Origin: Octopus bimaculoides
Taxonomy: Eukaryota
Length of the DNA stretch: 64,000 nt
Direction of reading: 5' to 3'
Assembly: GCF_001194135.2 (NCBI RefSeq)
Contig: NC_068981.1
Coordinates: forward strand, 113,461,238-113,525,237
Part shown: positions 38,140 to 48,811 of the stretch, piece by piece
Layout: every line of letters starts with the position of its first letter
How positions within the stretch are numbered: the stretch's first letter is position 1
The notes under the pieces: generated by a model
The model's input: only the letters and a program-made list of their open reading frames with translations
What the model was told of the DNA's origin: nothing
The model's database searches: none
Program-made: the position numbers and the translations under genes

Positions 38140-38930
38140 CATGCATGCATATAGTAGTAGGCATTTGTCGGTCTCGAGAGACCACGGATCTGCGCCCGAA
38201 GAAATCATGTCAGCTGCTGATGGTGGTGCAGCATCTGTTGTGGCTGTACAGGCCCACAAGGGAGTGACAGTCACGCATACAGCGACTGCATTTGAAGGAG
38301 CCTTTTGCCGGCGCTACTGGTTTTTCCTCCCATTGAGTGCGCTTTTCTTTGGTGGCGAGTTCCTGTTTTTCTTCCGCTTTTCTTGGTGGCGAGTTCCTGT
38401 TATACTACCATATTGTGGGTTCTTATTTCTTTCACAGTATTTGTCTCCAGTGTAGGCGATCATTTGCAACCTCCTCCCATCTCAGGACATCCAGATCAAG
38501 CGACTTCATATCTCTCTTACAGACATCTTTGAAATAATGATGAGGTCGTCCTCGTGCTCTTGTGCCGGCCGCCAACTTCCATAAAGGAGGTCTTTTGGGT
38601 CCTTCCGTCCGGCATGCGATGTACATGACTGAGCCAGCGCAAACGACGCTGCTGGAGCAGGGTGAGTATCCTGGTGCACTCCGGATTTTGCTTTCAGCCT
38701 CGGCAGACCAAGCAGTTTGCCGCTTGATCTGGTGTGGAGGTAAGCACCATCAGTTGATGTCCCAAATGCATGTTTCAGTATAATTGCAAAGAAGATGCCA
38801 AATAGGCTGGGAGCAAGCACACAGCCCTGTTTCACGCCCCTACGTATGTTGAAGGCCTCCGAGAAAGAGCCATCAGATTGAACGATGCCTTTCATGTCCG
38901 CGTGAAATGATTGGACAAATGGTGGTGCGC
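38140..38930 (-). mobile_element. RTE (BovB-like) LINE RT-to-3' fragment with internal deletion
   Basis: GSFSEAFNIRRGVKQGCVLAPSLFGIFF (38506-38895) and LWKLAAGTRARGRPHHYFKDVCKRDMK (38432-38626). Confidence 0.8.
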
Positions 38931-38939
38931 CCTGAAACG

Positions 38940-40310
38940 AGCTATTCGATTAGAGTCTCTTACATTTAGTAAAGTGCTAAGTTTAGAGGGGACTAGAATA
39001 CAAAGGTAGTTAACTAAGGAATTAGAGGAGACCATAGCATCAGGTTCGGCATCAAGAGTGTTGGCGGCGAGAACGGTATTATTTCGTCACCTCAAAGCCA
39101 AACACGAAGAGTGTAGAGTCAGGGCTAAGTTACGCGCGGTGGGCAGAGAAGGTATTAACGTTGCCGGATGGACCCGTGGTGTGGAGAGTCGGAGTGGCAG
39201 ACAAGCCTCTGTACAGTCTTTAATTGACGAAAAGGGGCGTGTGATCGAAGAACAGGAGATGCAGAAGGCCTTTCATCAGCATTTCACCCGTTGTTTGGGA
39301 CGAGTGAGGAGTTGAACCACGGGAGCCCTTAAGGGATTTCCTGGCCGACGAGCAGCGATTCTCGGCGCGTGAGGCGAAGAGCTGTGAAGGGCCGATCACA
39401 GCTGCGGAGGTCGAAGAGGTGCTGGCCGAATGCGTTCGGGACAAGTCGCCAGGACTGGATGGTCTGCCCTACGAGTAGTATGCCGGACTTGTTCGGACAC
39501 TTGCTGGCTTGCGTCTACACGAACTGGCAACAGAATGGGAGAATTCCAAGCTCTGTGAGTCGGGGAGTGGTAATACTGGTCAGAAAAAACCCGAGCAAGG
39601 GGGATCATATTAGTAATTTCAGGCCCATAACTCTACTAAATGTAGAGTTAAAGATTTTGACCAAGGTGTTAACAAAAAGCTTGACGGTTGTCGCGGAGAA
39701 ACTTGTCGGAAAGGCGCAAAATTCTGCCATCTCTGGCAGGTCGATCCAGGACAATCTTCATCTATTACGCAACACCTTAGACAGGGTGGGTAAAGTATCC
39801 GGTAAAGGTGAAGCTCTGGTCCATTTAGACCAAAGCAAAGCTTTCGATAGGGTTGACCATCGGTACCTGGCGGCAGTCCTTGAGGGAGCTGGGCCCAGAC
39901 TTCCGCGGTAGGATCAAGGCCATTTATGGTGGCATCAAATCCACAGTGCATCTGAACGGTTACCTGCCGGAGCCGTTCGAGACCAAGCGTTCAGTTCGTC
40001 AAGGGTGCCCCCTATCAAGTTGGTTTGCGGCTTAGCACCTGGAGCAGCAAGCCGATAACGTTCAGTATCGTAGGGCACTGGACGGATGGTCCTGTTAAGT
40101 TGCTCGAAGTTTGGTTTGGTCCGGACTCCCAGACGGAGAAGAATTAGAGTGAGGTGACGGACAGAGTAGAAGCGCTAACCTGGACCTGGTCCGGAAGAGC
40201 TCTGTCCCTGAAAGTGAGGGCGGAGGTGGTGCAGACGTTTATTGCGTCTGTTATCATTTACCGTCTGACCGTTGTCCCTTGCCCCGATTCGTGGCTATGC
40301 AAGACGACAT
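38940..40310 (+). mobile_element. Tx1-like ORF2 internal fragment with deletions
   Basis: NFRPITLLNVELKIL..QSKAFDRVDH; near-duplicate of parts of 42450-43590. Confidence 0.85.
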
Positions 40311-40419
40311 GGCGACAAGGCTGGACTTCCTTCTCTGCGAGATGGATTTCCCACTGGTACAGGAAGAAAACCAACAAGTCAACCAAGAAGAAGCGAAGAA
40401 AAAAAATATTTTAAGCCGC

Positions 40420-43400
40420 CGTAGGTGGAAAGTTTTGTGAAATTTAAATATCTAAGGAGCAGTTGTTCAAATACAGGACTATGATTAAAAAGTGTGGCAA
40501 CGAGACGAAACTGTTGCCACCTAAAGAGATAATTCAAAATTTGGCGGAAAAAACTGTTGTATATAAAATATACAACAGGAAAGATAAGCAGATCATGCCC
40601 ATGAAAAACGATATTGTTGAGAAACGCCTCGCCCCCATATAGAGAAAAATAAAATATGTTGGGCGTGGTCCAAGAAATGCGACGGTGGAGGTGCAGTTTG
40701 AGAATGCAGACATTGCCAAAGAAATTTCAACTCAAACTCTCAAGACGGACCAAATAATGTTACTACCAAAATTATAATAGAGAAGATTATGGCCGGGTAC
40801 GATGTCAATTGGATGGCGGCAGCAGTAATATACGACACAGAGGAGGAGATAAATATTTTAAGCATGAAGAAGAGAGAGGCAGTGAATTGGAAAGGTCAGA
40901 CGCTAGAACTATTAGTACAAGCTTCTAACGAAACGCTAGAAGCAAAGCCCGACAGAATATTCATAGGGGAGGGAATCAGCGCAAGAGTGTCGGTGGAGGG
41001 GCGTCGATCCAGATGCTTCAAATGTGGAGAAAAGGTTCACGTCCGCTCCGAGTGTGAAAAGGTAAAGAAACCGGCACAAAAAAGAACTGAAGTCCCTCCC
41101 CGACAAGAGAAAGACCAACTGGAGAAAGACCAACGGAAGAAGAACAACAAAGAAAAAGAAGAAGAAAAAGTAGAGAAATCACAAGATAAAGAAAATATGG
41201 AAGGAGAAGAAATGGAATTTGCCGTTGTATCACACAAAAGGAAAAAAGCCCTCACCCCAGACTTCCCTCCCCTGACAAGAAAAAGAAAAGAAACATTACA
41301 AAACACACATACATAAAAAAATAACCCCATCCCCTTCCAAACCAAAACCCACCCCAACCCTCCCCCAAATCACACAGGGGGAAAAATAGTGTCGTACAGT
41401 ACGAAAAACACAATCTTACATGGCTTATTAAAAAGAAAAAAAATTATACAACATTGGGACCGATAGAAGGCAAACCGCCACATTTGTGGCTAGCTAGAGT
41501 GGACATGGAACACTATGAACAATTTAAACAACTATATCCAGAGGATATATTCGACGTAAGCCAGTACATAGTGAAAGAAAAAATTGTGCTGGCACCAGCG
41601 GCTACACCAGAAAAAGAAGAAACGGAAGGAGGGGACGACAAATGTCGTACAGCCCCTCCTCAAGTTTAAAATGTAAGTATGTTCAACTTTTACAATGGAA
41701 ATTAAGTTAGGGTGTGTAAATGACGTGGCCTGGGATCGAAATGGAAGCAAACCTCAGGTCACAGAAATTAGATATATGTATTGTGACTGAGTCCAAGTAG
41801 AACGGGCTACAGGTGTTCTCGCCTCTTCTAAATGACTACAAGAAATTTATTTCTCCTAGTCGGGGAGGAAGCGGGGGCGTGGTGGTGTTGTTCAGAAAAG
41901 CTTCGACGTACAGGTAAGTACAGTCTTTCTGGACCCAGAAGGTAGGTTGGTCGTCCTAGATGTGACACACGTGAGTAAGCAGTCCTTCAGGCTGGTGGCA
42001 CTCAACACTCCGCATGAGAGTAGGCAAACGGGTTTTTTTTCGAGATCTGGAGAACTTTCTAGTAACGTCTACAACTTTAGTTTTAAAAGGAGACTTCAAC
42101 ACTATTCTCGACGCGCGAGTGGGTAGTGTAGGCTCGACCAATAGAAAGGGAAACCCTGGTCTAAAAAGGCTACTAGCGAGCTATAACCTAGTAGAGCGGT
42201 ACAGACCGGATAAACCGCTCGTTCCACAGTGGACGTGGTCTAATAACGAAGGTTCACTCAGATCTTATCTAGATAGGGTAGTTATAAAAGATAGAGATAG
42301 AAACACAGTTGTCCACGCTTTTGTTGTACCTCCTACACCGATCACATTTTGACTAGTAAAGTCTTCTGTACCCGGGTTAAGGAGTTAATTCAGAGGGCAT
42401 TATGCGGAGCCATCGTAAATAATAGATGGTGGTGCGCTTTCAAGCGAGCCATTAATTCAGAGTCTCTTAGATTTAGTAAAGAGCCAAGTTTAGAGAAGAT
42501 TAGAATAGAAGGGCAATTAATTAAGGAATTAGAACCCATGGTATCCGGCTCTGCATCCAGAATACTGGCGGCGAGAACGGTATTACATCGTCACCTCAAA
42601 GCCAAACACGAAGGGTGTAGATTCAGGGCTAAGCTACGCGAAGTGGGCAGAAAAGGTATTAACGTTGCCGGATGGGCCCGTCGTGTGGAGAGTCGAAGAG
42701 GCAGACATGCCTCTGTACAGTCTTTAATTGACGAACAGGGGCGTACAATCAAAGGACAGGAGATGCAGAAGGCCTTTCATCAGCATTTCGCCCAGTTGTT
42801 TGGGACGAGCGAGGAGTTGGACAATCTTCATCTCTTACGTTACACTTTAGACAGGGTGGGTAAAGTACCCGGTAAAGGTGGCGCTCTGGTCCATTTAGAC
42901 TAAACTAAAGCTTACGATAGGGTTGACCATCGGTACCTGGCGGCAGTCCTTGAGGCGGCTGGGCGAGGCCTAGATTGCCACGGTTAGATCAAGGCCATTT
43001 ATGGTGGCATAAAACTCAGTTCAAATAAACGGTTACTTCTCGGAGCCGTTTGAGATCAAACACTCGGTTCGTCAAGGGTGCCACCTGTCTTCGCTTCTAT
43101 ATGTATTGACTCTTGAGCCATTGCTGTGGAAGTTGGAGAGTTTGGGGGCATCCCAAATGAAATCGAATGTGGTAAGAGTGTCTCTGCGTACACGGATGAC
43201 GTCACCATCATCGCGTCCAAGATGACTCAGCTACCTCGCGTAGCAGAGGCAATCAGAAGATACGAGACGGTGGCAGGGACAAAAGTTAACATGGACAAGT
43301 CCGTCAGTTTGCGGCTCGGCACCTGGAGCAGCAAGCCGATAACGTTCAGTGTCGTAGGGCACTGGACAGATGATCCTGTTAAGTTGCTCAGAGTTTGGTT

Positions 43401-44741
43401 TGGTTCGGACTCTCAGACGAAGAAGAATTGGAGTGAGGTGACGGACAGGGTAGAAGCGCTAACCCGGAATTGGTCCGGAAGAGCGCTGTCCCTGAAAGTG
43501 AGGGCGGAGGTGGTGCAGACGTTTATCGCGTCTGTTATCATCTACCGTCTGACCGTCGTCCCTTGCCCCGATTCGTGGCTATGCAAGCTGGTAAGGATTC
43601 TCTTCCGCTTTTTGTGGAGGGGAAAACCGCTTGTGAGGCGCTCCGTGTACTGTTAAGAACCGCTAAATGGTGGCTTAGGGATGCAGTGGTTAATGATGTG
43701 CAAATATGCACTGAGACTAAGGCATCTCTGGCTCTACCTGGATGGTGGTCAGGTGTGGAATTCGCTCGCAGGGGAATTCTTTCCACGATCAACCTCCTTG
43801 GAGGAATTTAAACCCGGTTTGATTAAAAGACAAAAAACGACTGAATGGCAAAAGGAATGTCGGCAGGCACTCGCGCTAATCAGCAAGGCGGGCAAGGCCG
43901 GCAGCGGGGATACCACCTCTGCATTTTATAAAGGGTTGGTAGAGTACAAAAGTGACGACGTTCGAGGAGAGACACTGGGACTCGATGAGAACCAGCTATC
44001 CAAACTGTTTCAGAACACTTTCAGGGTGGGGTATTTAGATAACTACCAAAGATCCCTGACCTGGCAGTGTTTTAGGAATGCGTTTCCTATTCACGAGAAA
44101 TTGTCCAAGCACGGATTGTCAGTACCACCGGAATGTCCAAGGTGCGGGCAGGACAAGGAAACTATCCTGCACGCTCTTGTACAGTGCACACAGCTGTCGG
44201 AGCTGACAATTTACGTAGAACACGTGTTGTCACACCTAGGGAAAGTACAGCTATCGGCTGAGTCTGTGATTAAGAGCGTACCGCCCACTGGGCTATCTAA
44301 AGAAGGTGAAGCTTGTTTTCTATGTACAGTTGCAGTAATGAAAGAGTGTGCATGGAGAACTAGAATACAAGGAATCAAGACAGGAACCTTCATCTCCGGC
44401 ACTGGAATGCTACTATATTTTAGGTATCACCTGAAAAGCAAGATAGGGCTGGAGAGAAGGCACCTGTCGAGAATCGTATATGAGAAAAGATGGAAAGGTG
44501 TGGCAAAGAAGTTAGGAATAAATGTCCCTTCTTAATCCCCCCCCCATGGTAAAAACAGGGTGTAGTCGCTGGTCAACCAGCCAAATGTCGAACAAATAAG
44601 TTATCCTTTAAAAAAACTATAATTATATATACATTTTTAAAAACGATTTTTATATAAACTCGCTGAGCACTTCTCTATGTTTGTAAGGTCCTGTACCGTC
44701 CCCTCTATGTCTCGATAATATATTTATCATAATTAAAAAAA
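40420..44741 (+). mobile_element. Tx1/L1-clade LINE copy B: ORF1 (CCHC knuckle CFKCGEKVHVRSEC), ORF2 (APE, deleted RT N-part, YTDD, CPRC Cys domain), 3' UTR, A-run
   Basis: ORFs 40789-41316, 42014-42352, 42349-42903, 43126-43656 and 43681-44535; aattaaaaaaa at 44731-44741. Confidence 0.92.
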
Positions 44742-44744
44742 CAG

Positions 44745-44803
44745 GTGATTGTCACACGCTGATGACGGGTCAATATACGGAAACTCGGGTCCGTGTGTAT
44801 CAC
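44745..44803 (+). ncRNA. Type I HHR motif downstream of Tx1-like copy B
   Basis: GTGAT..CACACG-CTGATGA-CGGGTCAATATACG-GAAA-C TCGG G-TC|CGTGTG..ATCAC; core intact, stem II short and atypical. Confidence 0.75.
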
Positions 44804-45029
44804 GTCAGGTTGAAGATGGGAAGGATGGCTTCCCTTTGCAAATACTGATAGCACACAGAAAGTGTGTCAATAGACAGCTGGAGGAGGTGTTCTCCTGGGG
44901 CTACAAGATACAGTAGCATGCACCCTTAAGGGTTAGCGACATTTAAGTGGCAAATATACTTCACGATGACGTGCAGCTACTGTTTATACCTCGTTCAGAG
45001 ATTTATATATATTAGTTTATGTATATATT

Positions 45030-45340
45030 GATATTATTTCAGTTTAAAAAAACCTTGACAATGTAAATCTGTTCATAGTTACCATGGGTAGCAAAAATCA
45101 CACAAAAAAACAGGGTATCACACCCGTTTTATAGGTAGAGATACCAAATTAAAGCGATGGATGCATTTTGAGTAGATATGAATAATAACAATAAATGGAG
45201 CAAAATGCATATAAATAAAAGTTCCTTTAATTCCTGCATATGTTTCAAAATATATGTGCACTCTACTCCAAAGAAGTAAGTGCTGCTGGAATTGCACATA
45301 TATTCATCGTCAGGGAACCAACATATGTTGGTTCCCTGAC
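45030..45340 (-). repeat. HHR-headed repeat, copy 1 (HHR about 45229-45318, cleavage triplet mutated to GCA)
   Basis: Aligns with 55830-56125; CTGACGA-TG-AATATATGTGCA..TGCACATATATT-TTGAAA. Confidence 0.7.
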
Positions 45341-45715
45341 NNNNNNNNNNNNNNNNNNNNNNNNNNNNNNNNNNNNNNNNNNNNNNNNNNNNNNNNNNNN
45401 NNNNNNNNNNNNNNNNNNNNNNNNNNNNNNNNNNNNNNNNNNNNNNNNNNNNNNNNNNNNNNNNNNTATATATATATATATTTAATTGTATCAAGGACCT
45501 ATAATCCTTTAAGGGATTTTAACATCCTAGTCCTCTGGTTTATACCAGTGTTCAGTGTAAACGCAATATATTAGTTTTACTTTGATATATATGTAGGTAT
45601 TTAAAATATTTATGAATGGGAATGTTCAAATCCATATAATTTCATTATATGGGTTTGCATATTTTTAAATAAACTGATGTCTGCATGACAATTTCTCCAT
45701 TTTCTTCTTTTGTTC

Positions 45716-45787
<72 letters not shown>

Positions 45788-46107
45788 ATACGTACATACA
45801 TACATAAATACACACGCATACATGTATACACACACAAACAACACAAACACACACACGCACACACACGTATTTATACACACTCATATATACATTCATATTA
45901 AGATATGCACGCTCACGCAAAACATATCAGTCTTTATTTATCAAATTTCACACACAGTACTTCGGTTGACCACAAGCTTTGGTAGTTGAAATTGTTTGGA
46001 AGTGTTACGCAGTGGAATTAAGAACCAAATGACTGCAAAAAAACTTTCTTAACCACATTGCTGTACCAGCACCAATATGGAACACAAAATTATTTGTTAT
46101 TAGTTAC

Positions 46108-46222
46108 CTGTAATTTCCAAGTTTGCTCTCATTTGAAATCTCTTCATTGCTTTGATATACGCTATTTTTGGGTCGTTAAGTGTGTAATCTGGTGTCAGGT
46201 AACCATATCGTATGAGATAATT
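46108..46222 (-). CDS. Matrix metalloproteinase (M10A) exon, start of pro-domain: NYLIRYGYLTPDYTLNDPKIAYIKAMKRFQMRANLEIT(G)
   Basis: Hand translation gives the MMP pro-domain pattern YL..YGYL...FQ...L..TG. Acceptor tttctttcag, donor G|gtaact, 115 nt, phase 0 to 1. Confidence 0.9.
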
Positions 46223-46455
46223 CTGAAAGAAAACAAATTTCAAATTTTTCAATATAAAGTTTTATGGTTGTGCAGAAAAGCAAAAATAGCAGTAATTATG
46301 TTTGCATATGAAGAACTCTTTATTTTCCCAATTTCCTCCTTGTAGTTTATACACTTGATTGTCTAATTACTGAGATAATTGTTATCAAAAGTAACATTGA
46401 ACAGTAGTTCAAAGTAATATCCACAAGTGTTCATACATTTATAATTTGATATCTG

Positions 46456-46554
<99 letters not shown>

Positions 46555-46944
46555 GCAAATATACATACATACATACATACATACATCCACACTCAACATA
46601 CAGAAAAGTTCATTAAACCGGCCTAATCAAATATAGAGACAAGCTGTTCATGCAGAGATAGCGTCACATGCCCATTAAACGATCAATGTAACACATGAGC
46701 TATCTTTTAACACTGTAGTCAACAATTACAAGAGCTCATTTAAAATCCAGGAGAGATGTAACATCACATTAGTGTGACACATGACAATTGAAAGGAAAGG
46801 TACAATCAACTGGATAGTATTGAAAAAGTGCACTTTGTTAAGCTAAGAAAAGGTTTAATCTAAAGAATTTGTTCTACCCATGGACCCTCACTCAGTCAGT
46901 CAGTCACTCACTCACTCAGTCAGTCAGTCAGTCACTCACTCACT

Positions 46945-47870
46945 CACTCACTCCTGCTCCTGCTCGATAGGGCTGATGTCATCCCAGGTTAGTGGCCTTT
47001 TTGCATTTTCCAAGATAACGCCGAGCCTCTGGAGAACTTCCTTAATCACGTCCATACATCTGGTGCAGGACATGTCATGGGGCCTCTTCCAGCCCACAGT
47101 TGCTGCGTTGAACGAGAGTAAGGCCCTGGTAGGAAGATCTGGTAGGAAAGAGGAGTTCTTCCTGCTCATCCGCACGCAGCTCTCGACACTGCTACAGAGC
47201 CGTTGGAACAGGGCAGTGAGATTGGGAAGCGCGCTGACGGGTTCGAGAAGTTTCCAGAGAAATGCGTGGTTGGCCGCGTCGAATGGTGCCTTCAGGTCAA
47301 CGAAGGCGATGTAGAGGCGGCAATCTTCGCGGAACACCCAAGATCTTTCAATAAGGAGAGGAAAGGCAAAAATAATATCGGCAGCAGAACGATTTAGCAT
47401 GCATCCAATTGCTGTAGGCGGCGTCTGCTTTTAATGGCTGGAAGAGCACGACGGAGGAGGTTCCTAGTGAAGAGCTTGCCTGGAATAGAGAGGAAGGTGA
47501 TGCCTCTGAGGTTGCTGCAGACGAATCTATCGCTCTTCCGTTTCCAGTAGGGGAGGATGATACCCAGTAATTTGGAGGCTGCTCTGACGCCCTTCTATAG
47601 TTGATGATGCGGATGAGCCACTGGGTCATGTTTTCTCTGCGGTGATAGTGTATATTTCAGGGGCTTTGCAGTTGTTGAGCTTTTTCAGGGCAGCACTGAC
47701 TTCGTGAGGGGTGGGGTGACAAGTTCGAGTCTGCAAGTATCGTTGGTTGCGGCTGTCTGCTGTGATGGTTAGTCTGGAATTGATTGTGACAAGTAGGTGA
47801 TGAAGGCTGAAGTGATCTTTCCAGCGTTGGAGGCGGAGTTTCCACAGTGATGATGTTGCCATTGGTATCC
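46945..47870 (-). mobile_element. RTE-like LINE RT fragment
   Basis: LYIAFVDLKAPFDAANH (46948-47400) and KKLNNCKAPEIYTITAE (47626-47862). Confidence 0.75.
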
Positions 47871-48159
47871 TTCATCAGGTTGTAGATACATTTTAGCCAA
47901 GGTCCGCCTCTTCTTTCCCCCTCTCTCCCTTTCTCTCCCTGCCGATCTCGTTCTTACATCCTTTTCATCCCACAATTACAGATACATAAAAAATTGAGTG
48001 GACAGTTCCCACACGAATGCTCACATGTAGGACAGTGGCTAAAAGGAAAAATATAAGTTTTAATTCCTGGATTTCGTTCCATTTTTCGTTTTACATCTCT
48101 GAGTCTCGTAAACTAAATGTAGTGTTTTTAGATTTCCAGTACAGGGGAGTCCAATTCAA

Positions 48160-48207
48160 TCATGTCTGACGACTATTAGATCAATACGAAACTCTTCGGT
48201 AGCATGA
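48160..48207 (+). ncRNA. Type I HHR motif (solo)
   Basis: TCATGT-CTGACGA-CTATT agatc AATAC-GAAA-C TCTTCG G-TA|GCATGA; core intact, C-C mismatch at the base of stem II. Confidence 0.7.
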
Positions 48208-48374
48208 AACTAAATATATGTACACATAATTGGTCAGTTTTTCATAAATCCAAAAGCACATTAAACTTTTTGAGCAGTAATATTTTATGTAGTCGTTGAA
48301 TATGACCGGTCAAATTACCATTGGTTTGACAGGCCATAACTAACGATTACAGTATGTATGTATGTATTTATGAA

Positions 48375-48790
48375 TGTATGTCAGTGGATAGGGCAGCAGA
48401 CTCGCGATCATAGGATCGCGGTTTCGATTCCCAGACCGGGCGTTTTGAGTGTTTATTGAGCGAAAACACCTAATGTTCCACGAGGCTACAGCAGGGGGGG
48501 TGGGGTGGCGAACCCTGCTGTACTCTGCCACCACAACTTTCTCTCACTCTTTCTTCCTGTTTCTGTTGTACCTGTATTTCAAAGGGCCAGCCTTGTCACA
48601 CTCTGTGTCGCGCTGAATCTTCCCCGAGAANNNNNNNNNNAAGGGCCAGCCTTGTCACACTCTGTGTCGCGCTGAATCTTCCCCGAGAACTACGTTAAGG
48701 GTACACGTGTCTGTAGAGTGCTCAGCCACTTTCACGTTAATTTCACGAGCAGGCTGTTCCGTTGATTTGATTAACCAAAACCCTCGTTTT
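48375..48790 (+). mobile_element. tRNA-derived SINE
   Basis: tRNA-like head gtcagtggatagggcagcagact...ggtttcgattccc (B box). Confidence 0.75.
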
Positions 48791-48811
48791 TAAATCACAT
48801 ATCGTGCCTTT

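Noticed and set aside
44805-44850. Possible second HHR right after the copy B ribozyme (TTGAAGA-T-GGGAAG..CTTCCC)
   Set aside because: The hairpin is real but the GAAA box and cleavage triplet are absent.
45309-45340. Perfect 32-bp palindrome gtcagggaaccaacatatgttggttccctgac
   Set aside because: It ends exactly at a gap edge and is absent from the sister copy at 56110; likely a read or assembly fold-back.
48375-48445. tRNA gene
   Set aside because: No acceptor stem; it continues into a SINE body, so it is a SINE head.
48581-48689. 49-bp direct duplication inside a SINE
   Set aside because: It flanks a 10-N gap; typical unmerged contig overlap.
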